A stretch of DNA of 63,706 bases, counting the filler, from Bradymonadales bacterium (lineage in GTDB: Bacteria; Bdellovibrionota; UBA2394), in assembly GCA_007693605.1 (NCBI GenBank). It is 3 parts of 3 records of this genome, joined end to end, with 100 filler letters (N's around TTAATTAATTAA, not from the genome) between each part and the next. Parts side by side here need not be neighbours in the genome. Positions count along the whole stretch, not along the records: positions 1 to 23,508 come from REDG01000078.1; positions 23,609 to 44,516 come from REDG01000079.1; 1 more part is not named here. The stretch is one strand, 5' to 3'. The position numbers and the translations under genes are program-made. Below the pieces are notes generated by a model. That model saw nothing but the letters and a program-made list of their open reading frames with translations. It was not told where the DNA came from and ran no database searches. Positions 18,536-27,468 of this stretch are shown here, piece after piece (the stretch's first letter is position 1; each line of letters starts with the position of its first letter).

Positions 18536-20532
18536 GACTTGCGAAGATAAGTATAGCTCTGCAGAACTCGTGAGTAGAGTTCCAGCAGTTGAACGCCTTC
18601 TTTCGGCTTCATAGCGCCTTCTTTGACTCGTTGGTCTACTTGAATCTTCAATAGGCGATTCAGCTCTGTGGTGCTGTATTGATTCGCTTTAATCATGTCT
18701 CCAATGGTGTCTCCTCGAATCACTTCTTCTACATAGAAGTCTTCAGGGTCATCGTCATCGGTAAACACATGAACTTCGTTCACTCGACCGAAAAGATTGT
18801 GCATATCGCCAATGATGTCTTGATAGGCGCCGGTCATGAACATTCCCAAATAGTAGTCTTTACCCTCTTTGAAACTGTGGAGCCCCAAATAAGGAGAGTA
18901 TTCTTCTGATCGGTCTACAAAGCGATCAATCTCTCCGTCACTATCGCAGGTGATGTCGACCAAAATAGCTGCTGACTTGGGCCGTTCGCCCATTCGATGA
19001 ATGGGAACGATTGGAAACAGCTGGTCAAAGGCCCAGTGATCGGGGGCCGATTGAAAGACTGAAAAATTCACGACATACTGCTGAAGCTTTCGGCTCTCAA
19101 GCTCATAGAACTCATCAGGCACTCGCTTCATGCGACGCATATTCCGAATGATCCATTGGCAGATATCAGAAACGATCTGCTCAACCAAAGCCCTTTCGCC
19201 CATACTGAGATGACCCCATTTGAACAACGAAACGGCTTCTTCCTCTTTGGCCATGGCATCGTGGTAACTTCGCAGAGCATTTCTCAGGCTCAGCTGATCA
19301 AAGATCTTCTGAACATCTTGAACAAAGCTCGAATCTTTGAGGATGGGGGAGTCTTGCCACGCCTTTTTTTGACTGGGTAGAATCGCGTCCACTACATTCA
19401 TAATGAGACAGGAATGGTGGGCTACCACCGCTCTTCCGGACTCCGAAACCAGAGTGGGGTGGGGGACCTTTTCTTCATCGCAAACACTCTTCACTTCGTT
19501 GACGATGTCTCGGACATATTCATCAAGACTGTAGTTCATCGAGAAATGAGTCTTTGATTGAGACCCATCATAGTCCACTCCAAGTCCGCCACCGACATCT
19601 AGGTATTGGATGGGTGCGCCGAGCTGACGGAGGCTGGAGTAGTATCGAGCCCCCTCTGTCACCGCCGTGCGAATGGTTTGAATGTCAGGAATCTGGCTCC
19701 CAATATGAAAATGGAAGAGCTGAAGGCAATCCAGCATTCCATCTGCCCGCAGAAGCTCAACAACTTTGACAATCTCTGCCGTGCTGAGACCGAACTTGGC
19801 TCGATCGCCGCCACTATCCTGCCACTTTCCAGTTCCTTGAGTGGCGAGCTTCCCTCGAATGCCCAAGAGGGGTCGAACCCCCATCTCTTTCGACATCTGT
19901 AAAATCAAGGGGAGTTCCGTAGCCTTTTCAACGACCACCACAACTTTTCGTCCGAGCAAGACTCCCATCAGGGCCAATCTGAGGTAGTCTCGATCTTTGT
20001 ATCCGTTACAAATCGTGAGAGCCTCAGGGTCTTGGTTGTAGGCCAGAACAATTTGGAGTTCTGCCTTGCTGCCAGCCTCTAGCCCGTAGTGATAAGGGCG
20101 GCCAGCATCTAGAATCTCCTCAATCACTTCTTTCATCTGGTTGACCTTGATCGGGTAAACTCCCCGATAGACCCCTTGATACTCAAGCTCTGAGATGGCG
20201 CGATGAAAACTCTGATTGAGTCGCTCGACTCGGTTTCGAAGAATGTCTTGAAAGCGAATAATGCAGGGGAGTTCGAGTTGATGGTTATGAATTTCTTGCA
20301 CGACATCCACAATCTGAATGCTTGGCCCTTCAAGTCCTGCGGGTCGCATGCAGAGGTTCCCCAAATCGTTAATGCTAAAGTAATCGGCTCCCCAGCCCTC
20401 AATATTGTAAAAGTCGGCAGCGTCTTGGATGCTCCACTTGCGAGAATTTTTGTGATTCTCAGTCGGACTTTCGCCAGCGCTCAAGGCGGGCGTGGCTTCT
20501 GCAATGCTCTGTGGATCCGTCGTCAAATTCAC
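18532..20532 (-). CDS. speA: biosynthetic arginine decarboxylase
   Basis: VYPIKVNQ (PLP Lys), GLEAGSKAEL, HFHIGSQ, DVGGGLGVDYDG, ESGRA, DITCDSDG, GAYQ. Confidence 0.96.
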   Translation of the reverse strand: MNLTTDPQSIAEATPALSAGESPTENHKNSRKWSIQDAADFYNIEGWGADYFSINDLGNLCMRPAGLEGPSIQIVDVVQEIHNHQLELPCIIRFQDILRNRVERLNQSFHRAISELEYQGVYRGVYPIKVNQMKEVIEEILDAGRPYHYGLEAGSKAELQIVLAYNQDPEALTICNGYKDRDYLRLALMGVLLGRKVVVVVEKATELPLILQMSKEMGVRPLLGIRGKLATQGTGKWQDSGGDRAKFGLSTAEIVKVVELLRADGMLDCLQLFHFHIGSQIPDIQTIRTAVTEGARYYSSLRQLGAPIQYLDVGGGLGVDYDGSQSKTHFSMNYSLDEYVRDIVNEVKSVCDEEKVPHPTLVSESGRAVVAHHSCLIMNVVDAILPSQKKAWQDSPILKDSSFVQDVQKIFDQLSLRNALRSYHDAMAKEEEAVSLFKWGHLSMGERALVEQIVSDICQWIIRNMRRMKRVPDEFYELESRKLQQYVVNFSVFQSAPDHWAFDQLFPIVPIHRMGERPKSAAILVDITCDSDGEIDRFVDRSEEYSPYLGLHSFKEGKDYYLGMFMTGAYQDIIGDMHNLFGRVNEVHVFTDDDDPEDFYVEEVIRGDTIGDMIKANQYSTTELNRLLKIQVDQRVKEGAMKPKEGVQLLELYSRVLQSYTYLRKS

Positions 20533-20594
20533 TCCTACGACCTATCTCGACTCCTCGGGCCGTGCAATCGAAAATGCCTAATATTCACAGCCAC

Positions 20595-20867
20595 TCACTC
20601 CACCAGCGGAGGGCGGCAGGAGACTTCTTCTCTGGCCTGTCTCTGACAGGCAAGGACCTCTGTGACCCCGCTGGCCAACAGTGCACAGCTCGTTCGATGA
20701 GCCTCATCTAGGGCCTCGGTATGGGTCGCTCCAAAGGCGTTGGTGCAATGCCTTTGGCCTTTGAACTGAATACAGAGTTGGCATTCAACGCGTGCGAGCC
20801 CGATCATCTGATAGGTGACGAGGCCGGCGACCAGCAAAACAATGGACAAGCTTAAAACAACTTTCAT
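20595..20867 (-). CDS. small membrane-anchored Cys-rich hypothetical protein
   Basis: N-terminal hydrophobic helix then six Cys in ~60 aa; ATG 20867. Confidence 0.65.
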   Translation of the reverse strand: MKVVLSLSIVLLVAGLVTYQMIGLARVECQLCIQFKGQRHCTNAFGATHTEALDEAHRTSCALLASGVTEVLACQRQAREEVSCRPPLVE

Positions 20868-20889
20868 AAACTCAAGACTAAGATCCCCG

Positions 20890-21657
20890 ATGATACAGGA
20901 GTTTGGCAACCGAGTTTTCTTTGGCTTGAGATCGAAGTTTTCGATTCCTCTTAGGCCGCGTCCTTATGCCGAATCTGGGGGAGATCGGCTGGTTCAGTTC
21001 GCTTTCAGCCCTCTGATTGCCTCTCATCTTAGCCCTCAGAACCTTCGGTTGAACCTCTATTACTACGAACTGCTTGATTCGGTCGCTTGGACCATCCCGA
21101 ATAAGGAGGGTCGAATCATCGATTTGGGCTCGAAAAACTTTGGCTACTGCTTCGCTTTGGCTGAATCTCTTCGTCGAAAGAACTGGGAGGGTGAGCTGAA
21201 GGGATTGGAGCTCGACCCCTATCGTCGCTTTGTGAGCTACTATCGGCGGATTGATCACGCCCAATTCTTTGTGGGGCTTGCCAATCGAGAGTTTTCGCCC
21301 GAGATCACTCTAGACTATCAAGAGGGAGACTGGCTGAACTACTCTTTGGACAAGAAGTTTGACCTCGTTTTCTGCTTCTTTCCCTTTTTGTTTTTAGATC
21401 TTCATCATCAATGGGGTTTGTCTCGAAAGAGTTTTTCTCCGAAGCAGTTTTATCAGAAGATCTTTGCTCAATCTGACCAAGCAATCTTGGTTCACCAGGG
21501 TAGAGAGGAGTTTGATTGCTCTCGGCAACTGTTGGCAGATCTCAAAATCGATTCTAGCGAGTTCTGTGAGCTTCATCAAAGCCAGTGGATCAATCTTCGC
21601 ATCCCAAGCTTTGTAATCTATGCGAAGAGGAAGCCGAAGGATTTAAGCCCTGTCTGA
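20890..21657 (+). CDS. SAM-dependent methyltransferase-like protein
   Basis: IIDLGSKNF motif I, GLELDP motif II, FDLVFCFFPF motif IV. Confidence 0.65.
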   Translation: MIQEFGNRVFFGLRSKFSIPLRPRPYAESGGDRLVQFAFSPLIASHLSPQNLRLNLYYYELLDSVAWTIPNKEGRIIDLGSKNFGYCFALAESLRRKNWEGELKGLELDPYRRFVSYYRRIDHAQFFVGLANREFSPEITLDYQEGDWLNYSLDKKFDLVFCFFPFLFLDLHHQWGLSRKSFSPKQFYQKIFAQSDQAILVHQGREEFDCSRQLLADLKIDSSEFCELHQSQWINLRIPSFVIYAKRKPKDLSPV

Positions 21658-21733
21658 TCACTGGAATCTCCGACTGCCTCGCTCGCTACGAAAAGCATTT
21701 ATCAGAGGCGACCTCAGGGACGGCTCGGAGTCC

Positions 21734-22672
21734 TTAAAGTCCCAAAACTTCCGTAAGAGATTTCACCGCCTCATAGGAGTTCTTAAGCAGGGCCTTTTCT
21801 TTTTCGTCCAAATCCACTTCTACGATCTTTTCAACGCCCTTCGCGCCCAAGATCACGGGCACACCCAGGTAGACTCCCTTATAGCCAAACTCACCTTCTA
21901 GGTAAGCACTGACGGGTCGAAGCTTTTTCTGATCCTTCAAAATAGCTTCAGCCATTTCGACCGCAGCGGCGGCAGGAGCATAGAAGGCAGAGCCAGTCTT
22001 CAAGTATCCAACAATCTCGGCGCCACCCGCTTTGGCTCGTTCAACAATTTCATTCAGTCTCTTTTCGTTCACAAATTGCGAAATGGGAATTCCCTGAAGA
22101 CTGGTATAGCGGGGCAGGGGAACCATGGTGTCGCCGTGTCCTCCCAAAAGAAGAGCCTGAATATCTTCAGGGCTCACGCCAATCTCTTCTGCGAGAAAGG
22201 CTCGATAGCGAGCGGTATCTAAGACGCCTGCCATCCCCATGACTCTTTCCTTCGGAAAGCCGCTGGCCTTTAAGGCCACCTGGCACATGGCATCGAGGGG
22301 GTTGCTCACTACAATCAGAATGGAGTCGGGGGCCTTCTTTGCAACTTGTTGAGTCACGCTCTGAACAATGTCGGCGTTGGTCTTCAAGAGATCATCGCGA
22401 GACATTCCAGGCTTTCGAGGAATTCCCGCTGTAATGATGACGATCTGCGAGTTTTCTACCAGCCCGTAGTCGGTGCCTCCCACCGATCGAACGCTGGAAG
22501 CCTCGACAGAGTTGGACTGTAAAATATCAAGCGCCTTCCCCGTCGGGACCCCTTCGGCAATATCGATCAAAGCCACATCGGCAAGATCCTTTAAGGCAAT
22601 CAGATGAGCGGCAGTTGCTCCTACATTACCTGCACCAATCACAGAAATCTTAGGTCGTTTAAAATCTTTCAT
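21734..22672 (-). CDS. mdh: malate dehydrogenase (LDH-like)
   Basis: GAGNVG, TAGIPRKPGMSRDDL, NPLD, LDTAR, GGHG. Confidence 0.96.
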   Translation of the reverse strand: MKDFKRPKISVIGAGNVGATAAHLIALKDLADVALIDIAEGVPTGKALDILQSNSVEASSVRSVGGTDYGLVENSQIVIITAGIPRKPGMSRDDLLKTNADIVQSVTQQVAKKAPDSILIVVSNPLDAMCQVALKASGFPKERVMGMAGVLDTARYRAFLAEEIGVSPEDIQALLLGGHGDTMVPLPRYTSLQGIPISQFVNEKRLNEIVERAKAGGAEIVGYLKTGSAFYAPAAAAVEMAEAILKDQKKLRPVSAYLEGEFGYKGVYLGVPVILGAKGVEKIVEVDLDEKEKALLKNSYEAVKSLTEVLGL

Positions 22673-22847
22673 GCTCCGAGCATAAGAGAGACTCTCTTGT
22701 CAGGCAAGACTTCTGAGCCCCTGCTTTATGGCCCCCCCGAATCTGACGAGCTCAGTGGGCCTCTTGGCCCCAGCTTTATTGAGATCGAGAAAGTCTGGGG
22801 CTTCCCCCAACTTGAGACCTCTCTGTCCGAATTGACGAAGGATCCAC

Positions 22848-23508
22848 TCAGTTTTCTAAAATTTCCCTCTCCCACATTCGCCGCTGATTATTGTGCTGCC
22901 GACAAAGCAGTCGAAGATTAGCCTCGCTCGACTCTCCCCCTCTAGAAAATTCCCGCAAATGATCCCACTCCAATCCAAAGCTCGACCCACAGACTCTACC
23001 TGAGCCTGGCTCCACAAATACACAAGCCCCAGCATCTCTCTCCCACACCTTTGCACGAACAGCCGTTGGAATATGTCGGCTTCGCTTGCTATTGGGCTGA
23101 ACACCCACCTGGTTACTGCCTGCAGTGCTAACGACTTTCGTTGCGGAATATATGGCTTTTGAAGCCTTCGAACTGACATTCAAGCCCATGATTCTGCTTT
23201 CTTCCGAGTCGCAAGACTCTTGCAGCTTGCCAAACCCCCGATGACTTCGAGCTACTTCCGTAGCGGAAACAACCTCCCTCCGATGACCTTCCCGATTCTC
23301 AGATTTGATGCCCCGAGCTTCTCCACTCTCCGAAATACTCGAGTTTACTTCCACCGCGACCCCCTCCCCTGAAGATCTTCTCGTTTCTCTCAACAATCCT
23401 TCCCCAGTCCCTGCTTGAGACTCAGCTCTCTTTCCTTTTCTAGTCTCCCCCTTCTTCTTCCCTCTCACTCCAAACTTCCTCTTCTCTACTTCTTGAAGAG
23501 CCAACCTC
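22848..23508 (-). CDS. HNH endonuclease domain protein, 5'-truncated by the assembly gap
   Basis: RHIP...VWERD..C.....CG....LEWDH....GG.....NLRLLCRQHN; low-complexity linker runs into the N gap. Confidence 0.85.
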
Positions 23509-23608
23509 NNNNNNNNNNNNNNNNNNNNNNNNNNNNNNNNNNNNNNNNNNNNTTAATTAATTAANNNNNNNNNNNNNNNNNNNNNNNNNNNNNNNNNNNN
23601 NNNNNNNN
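23509..23608. other. artificial contig linker (N44-TTAATTAATTAA-N44)
   Basis: six-frame stop spacer inside an N run. Confidence 0.97.
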
Positions 23609-23683
23609 CTGCCCCTACACTCTGGTCGACCTTCGGTCGACATGGTTTGAGGATGGCTGCAACCCTCCTTTCCCGCGTTGCAG

Positions 23684-23710
23684 TGTCGGCTGCGTCGCTG
23701 CGCTGCTCAA
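23684..23710 (+). repeat. internal fragment of repeat family R2
   Basis: TGTCGGCTGCGTCGCTGCGCTGCTCAA, near-identical to 63680-63706 and to the reverse complement of 47146-47172. Confidence 0.75.
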
Positions 23711-23753
23711 GTAGTTAGAAGGAAACTGGAGGGATGGACTTGGGTGTCCCCTG

Positions 23754-23914
23754 GGCCTGGAGGATTTAAAGGGAGCCGATGGGGCTCTCCGAGCGCCTGG
23801 GTCGGTAGACGAAGTTAAAGGTTGTCGGCGCGAGGAGGAGCGGGCCCTGGACGCTATCGAAGTTGTTTGGAATTCTAGGCGGTCCCCAGCGGATGCCTTT
23901 AAATCCTCCAGGCC
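23754..23914 (+). repeat. rod-shaped palindromic element R1, copy B (candidate structured RNA)
   Basis: 19-bp perfect inverted repeat GGCCTGGAGGATTTAAAGG (23754-23772) / CCTTTAAATCCTCCAGGCC (23896-23914) enclosing the core shared with 2744-2868. Confidence 0.8.
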
Positions 23915-24036
23915 ATGGAGTCAAAGACTGCCTTGTTCGTGAAAAGGAACTAAAGGCTCACCTGCTTTTTTCACTCTCAAACAAACAGGGGTTTGGTGAC
24001 ATCACAGAGATAGGGAGTTGGGTCAGCCTCCTTTCT

Positions 24037-24071
24037 GTCATTCCCTTGACGGATCGGGTCTCAATTCTGAC
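24037..24071. promoter_or_regulatory. candidate enhancer-binding-protein sites (FleQ/FlrA-box-like) upstream of fliL
   Basis: two 14-bp GTC-N8-GAC palindromes (24037-24050, 24058-24071) 21 bp apart, ~90-110 bp upstream of a sigma54 motif. Confidence 0.45.
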
Positions 24072-24145
24072 GAATGAGCGTAGGCAAAGCTTGCCGCGTC
24101 AGAAAAATTCTTTGAAGACACGGACACTTAGTTCTCCTGCACTCT

Positions 24146-24161
24146 TGGTACAGCGATTGCT
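24146..24161 (+). promoter_or_regulatory. sigma54 (-24/-12) promoter of the fliL operon
   Basis: TGGTACAGCGATTGCT = GG-N10-GC, close to the TGGCAC-N5-TTGC consensus, 26 nt before fliL. Confidence 0.75.
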
Positions 24162-24187
24162 CCTCCTCAGCCGGGGGAAAAATTAAT

Positions 24188-24715
24188 ATGGCAGAAGAAG
24201 AAACAGCAGCGACAGAAGAAGAAGGCTCCGGCAAGAAGAAGATTCCCTTGTGGGTTTTGATTCTTGTAGGGGGGCAGCTCGTGGTCGTGGCCGGTCTTGT
24301 GGCCGCCTTTTTGGTGTTGTCGGGTGGAGGATCCAATGACCAGGATTTCGCCCCAACGGCGGCTGAACAACGAGCAGACCCGAGTCGAGTAAGAGACCCC
24401 GCTACCCTGATTGGACCTCAATTTCCACTGGACGCCTTTACGGTCAACTTGCTCGATGATGGAAGAGGGCCTCGGTTTCTTATCATTCAAATCAGTTTTG
24501 AGTTAGAGGATGTGGCGGTCAAGCAAGAGTTGGAAGTCAGAATTCGACAGATTCGAGATGAGCTCTTGATGCTGCTCACAGCAAAGAGAGTGACGGATGT
24601 CGAGACGCCTGACGGCAAGCGAATTCTTAAAGATGAAATTTTTACTCGCGTGAACAAGCTCTTGGTAACAGGGAGAATTCGTAGGGTTTATTTTACCGAT
24701 TTTATTATCCAGTAG
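24188..24715 (+). CDS. fliL: flagellar basal body-associated protein FliL
   Basis: single N-terminal TM, FTVNL, IRDELL, VYFTDFIIQ; first gene of fliLMN. Confidence 0.92.
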   Translation: MAEEETAATEEEGSGKKKIPLWVLILVGGQLVVVAGLVAAFLVLSGGGSNDQDFAPTAAEQRADPSRVRDPATLIGPQFPLDAFTVNLLDDGRGPRFLIIQISFELEDVAVKQELEVRIRQIRDELLMLLTAKRVTDVETPDGKRILKDEIFTRVNKLLVTGRIRRVYFTDFIIQ

Positions 24716-24726
24716 GAGGAACTTAA

Positions 24727-25761
24727 GTGGCGGACGAAAAAGAGCCAGGTCAAGAAGGCGGCGGAGAAAAGATTCTTTCACAGAGTGAGGTGGATACTCT
24801 GCTCAATGCTGTGAAGGATGGGCAAGTCGATACAGAGTCTGCTGCTCCGGCAAGCTCTCAAGCTCAAGCTTATGACTTTCGTAAGCAACGGAAGCTCGTT
24901 CGAGCGAGGCTCCCCGGACTGAAAATTATTCATGACCGTTTTCAGAGGAGCTTTCGACAGACCATGTCAGGCCTTGTTCGAAAGGTGGTGGCGGTCGAAA
25001 CCCTGCAAACCGAGATGTACCGATACGGCGAGTGGACATCAGGTCTTCCGGTTCCGTCTTGTATGTCCATTGTCCGACTTTCACCCTTGATCGGCCAGTC
25101 CATTGTTAGTCTTGAGCCCACCTTTCTCTACAGTCTCATCGACAATATTTTCGGTGGGGGAAGGGCCGGAGCTGAGGGAAAGAGGGCTGATGGAGATTTC
25201 ACGACAATCGAACTCAAGATGATTCAAAAGCTCATTGGCTACTTTGTCTCTGATCTTGAGAAAGCATGGTCGACAGTCTTTGAGTTAAATTTTGAATTTG
25301 TGCGATCTGAGACCAATCCGGAATATGTGAGTATCGTTGCGCCGAGTGATGTTGTTATTGTCACAGACTTTGGCATTAGCTTTGAAGATGTGAGTTCAAA
25401 GATTCAGCTTGTGATGCCTCTGTTTGCGCTCGATCCGATTAAACAGTTGCTCTCTGATCATACTTTCGTCGAGCAGTCTCAGCCCAACCCGAACTGGAAG
25501 ATTTGGATCACTGATTCCCTCAGTGAGTCAAAATTGAATCTGAAGGTCGACTTAGGGGAGGCAGAACTCAGTATGAGAGAAGTTTTGAGCCTAAAAAAGG
25601 GAGATTCCATTCAGCTCGATCGTTACGTGGTCGACCCGCTCCCCTTAGAGGTCGAGGGCGTTGAAAAGTACCTTGTACGAATGGGAATCAGTAGCGGCCA
25701 GCAAGCCGTTCAGATCGAGTCACTGATAACAGAGTCTGGAATTCCAGGAGCAGATGACTAA
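24727..25761 (+). CDS. fliM: flagellar motor switch protein FliM
   Basis: LSQSEVDTLL CheY-binding motif, YDFR, C-terminal SpoA domain; GTG start after GGAGG. Confidence 0.95.
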   Translation: MADEKEPGQEGGGEKILSQSEVDTLLNAVKDGQVDTESAAPASSQAQAYDFRKQRKLVRARLPGLKIIHDRFQRSFRQTMSGLVRKVVAVETLQTEMYRYGEWTSGLPVPSCMSIVRLSPLIGQSIVSLEPTFLYSLIDNIFGGGRAGAEGKRADGDFTTIELKMIQKLIGYFVSDLEKAWSTVFELNFEFVRSETNPEYVSIVAPSDVVIVTDFGISFEDVSSKIQLVMPLFALDPIKQLLSDHTFVEQSQPNPNWKIWITDSLSESKLNLKVDLGEAELSMREVLSLKKGDSIQLDRYVVDPLPLEVEGVEKYLVRMGISSGQQAVQIESLITESGIPGADD

Positions 25762-25789
25762 TGAGTAGAGCACAAATGAGGAGGGCATA

Positions 25790-26140
25790 ATGTCAGATGA
25801 AAATAAAACAGAGGGTGGCGAAGGCCAGCCAGAGAATCTCAGTCAAGAAGAGCTGAAGGGTTCTGCCGGTGCGGCACAAGCTCAGTCCATTGAGTTTCTG
25901 CTCGATGTTCCCCTGAGTCTGAGTGTTGAGCTAGGTCGAGCCAAGATGTTGGTCAACGACTTGCTTCAGTTAGGTCAGGGCTCAGTGATTGAGCTGACAA
26001 AGATTGTTGGTGAGCCCCTTGAAGTGATGGTGAACAACAAACTCATCGCTAGGGGTGAGGTCGTGACACTCAACGATAAATTTGCAGTTAGGCTTACAGA
26101 CATCATTTCGCCTACAGATCGATTGGACTCTCTCACATGA
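25790..26140 (+). CDS. fliN: flagellar motor switch protein FliN
   Basis: LLDVPLSLSVELG...GSVIEL...IARGEVV. Confidence 0.95.
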   Translation: MSDENKTEGGEGQPENLSQEELKGSAGAAQAQSIEFLLDVPLSLSVELGRAKMLVNDLLQLGQGSVIELTKIVGEPLEVMVNNKLIARGEVVTLNDKFAVRLTDIISPTDRLDSLT

Positions 26141-26457
26141 TTGAAGACGGCCAACAATGGTTAATGCTTGTTCGAGCCCTGGCAAGTCTTGCGCTTGTCA
26201 TTGGCTCGATCTTTGCGATTGCTTGGATCGCAAAAAAGTATTGGCGCCCAGAGAAGTGGGGAATGAATCTATCAGGCCTGAAGATTCGGCATCAGCTGGC
26301 TTTTGACTCGAAAAGGAAGTTGGTCGTCATCGAGCTGGAGGGCCGAGAGTTTCTCGTTGGAATGGGATCTGACAGCATTACAAGTCTCTTGGATCTGGGC
26401 GAGAGGGAAGGTGCTCGCAATGAATCTTCGGAGGTGCGTTATGTCGAGAGGGCTTAA
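26137..26457 (+). CDS. fliO: flagellar biosynthesis protein FliO
   Basis: TM followed by the KRKLVVIE...FLVG...ITSL beta domain; lies between fliN and fliP. Confidence 0.85.
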   Translation: MIEDGQQWLMLVRALASLALVIGSIFAIAWIAKKYWRPEKWGMNLSGLKIRHQLAFDSKRKLVVIELEGREFLVGMGSDSITSLLDLGEREGARNESSEVRYVERA

Positions 26458-27202
26458 ATTCTTTTCATTTGGATTATTCGCGGGCTTGAGTCTAATCCCC
26501 TGGACAGGCTTCGCTGAAGGCCTGCCCTCCGTTTCAGTCTCTCTAGGCGGCGCGTCTGAACCAGAGCAGATCAGCACGACCCTGCAAATCTTACTGATGG
26601 TCACGATTCTGACGATTGCTCCGGCAATTCTTATCACGATGACTTCATTCACTCGTTTCGTCATTGTATTCTCCCTTCTTCGTCAGGCGATGGGAGTGAC
26701 CAATGTGCCACCAAACCAAATCCTGATCGGGCTAGCCCTATTTATGTCGATGGCGGTGATGGCGCCGACAATCAAAGAAATCAACGAGAATGCACTTCAG
26801 CCCTATATTAAAAATCAGCTTCGCCAAGAAGACGCCCTCGAAGCCGCTATGAAACCGCTTCGGAGCTTTATGTTTAAACACACTCGAGAGAAGGATCTGG
26901 CTCTCTTTATTGGGATCTCTGGAGATGAGCGACCCTCTTCATTGGAAGATATCAGCACCGCAAATCTCATTCCATCCTTTATTATCTCAGAGCTTAAAAC
27001 CGCCTTTCAGATAGGCTTCATGATCTATATCCCCTTTCTGGTAATCGACATTGTTGTGGCTTCCATCTTGCTGGCGATGGGGATGCTCGTACTTCCGCCG
27101 GTAATTATCTCTCTTCCTTTCAAGTTAATGCTTTTTGTATTGGTCGATGGCTGGAATCTCATTACGAGCAGTCTCGTTCGATCGTTTGGAGTGATTATAT
27201 GA
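26441..27202 (+). CDS. fliP: flagellar type III export protein FliP
   Basis: MTSFTR, PPNQILIGLALF, ELKTAFQIGF, ISLPFKLMLFVLVDGW; ATG 26441 after GGAGGT. Confidence 0.95.
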   Translation: MSRGLKFFSFGLFAGLSLIPWTGFAEGLPSVSVSLGGASEPEQISTTLQILLMVTILTIAPAILITMTSFTRFVIVFSLLRQAMGVTNVPPNQILIGLALFMSMAVMAPTIKEINENALQPYIKNQLRQEDALEAAMKPLRSFMFKHTREKDLALFIGISGDERPSSLEDISTANLIPSFIISELKTAFQIGFMIYIPFLVIDIVVASILLAMGMLVLPPVIISLPFKLMLFVLVDGWNLITSSLVRSFGVII

Positions 27203-27468
27203 GTATTCAATTTGTTGAATCCGTCGCCTTTGATGCCATCAAACTCATCCTTACAGTGTCAGGGCCCTTGTTGTTTACTGCCTTGCTCGTGGGATTGACG
27301 GTGAGTGTATTTCAGGCCACAACCCAAATCAACGAGATGACGCTGGCCTACATTCCTAAAATTCTTGCGATCTACGGGATGTTGATTCTTACGGCTGGAT
27401 TCATCTTGGATCGTTTGACCCAATTTACGACGGGGATATTTTCAGATTTTAGTCGGTTTGTATTATGA
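27199..27468 (+). CDS. fliQ: flagellar export protein FliQ
   Basis: FQATTQINEMTLAYIPKI. Confidence 0.95.
   Translation: MSIQFVESVAFDAIKLILTVSGPLLFTALLVGLTVSVFQATTQINEMTLAYIPKILAIYGMLILTAGFILDRLTQFTTGIFSDFSRFVL

Noticed and set aside
23553..23564. TTAATTAATTAA palindromes (also 44561-44572)
   Set aside because: Identical six-frame stop linkers inside N runs; artificial
23625..23641. Perfect GTCGACC-TTC-GGTCGAC hairpin near the contig start
   Set aside because: Single instance with its upstream context lost in the gap; cannot be assigned
22848..23914. HNH gene plus adjacent structured element as an RNA-guided (HEARO/OMEGA-like) nuclease system
   Set aside because: The two are separated by an artificial linker, so adjacency is unsupported; no RuvC motifs are visible and copy A of the element has no nuclease next to it
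23754..23914. R1 as 6S RNA, SRP RNA or a riboswitch
   Set aside because: The rod shape and size are 6S-like, but I could not match signature motifs, and two copies in unrelated contexts among other repeats favour a dispersed element; needs an Rfam search
23863..24186. 107-aa ORF upstream of fliL
   Set aside because: Begins within R1 and spans the sigma54 promoter region; no motif
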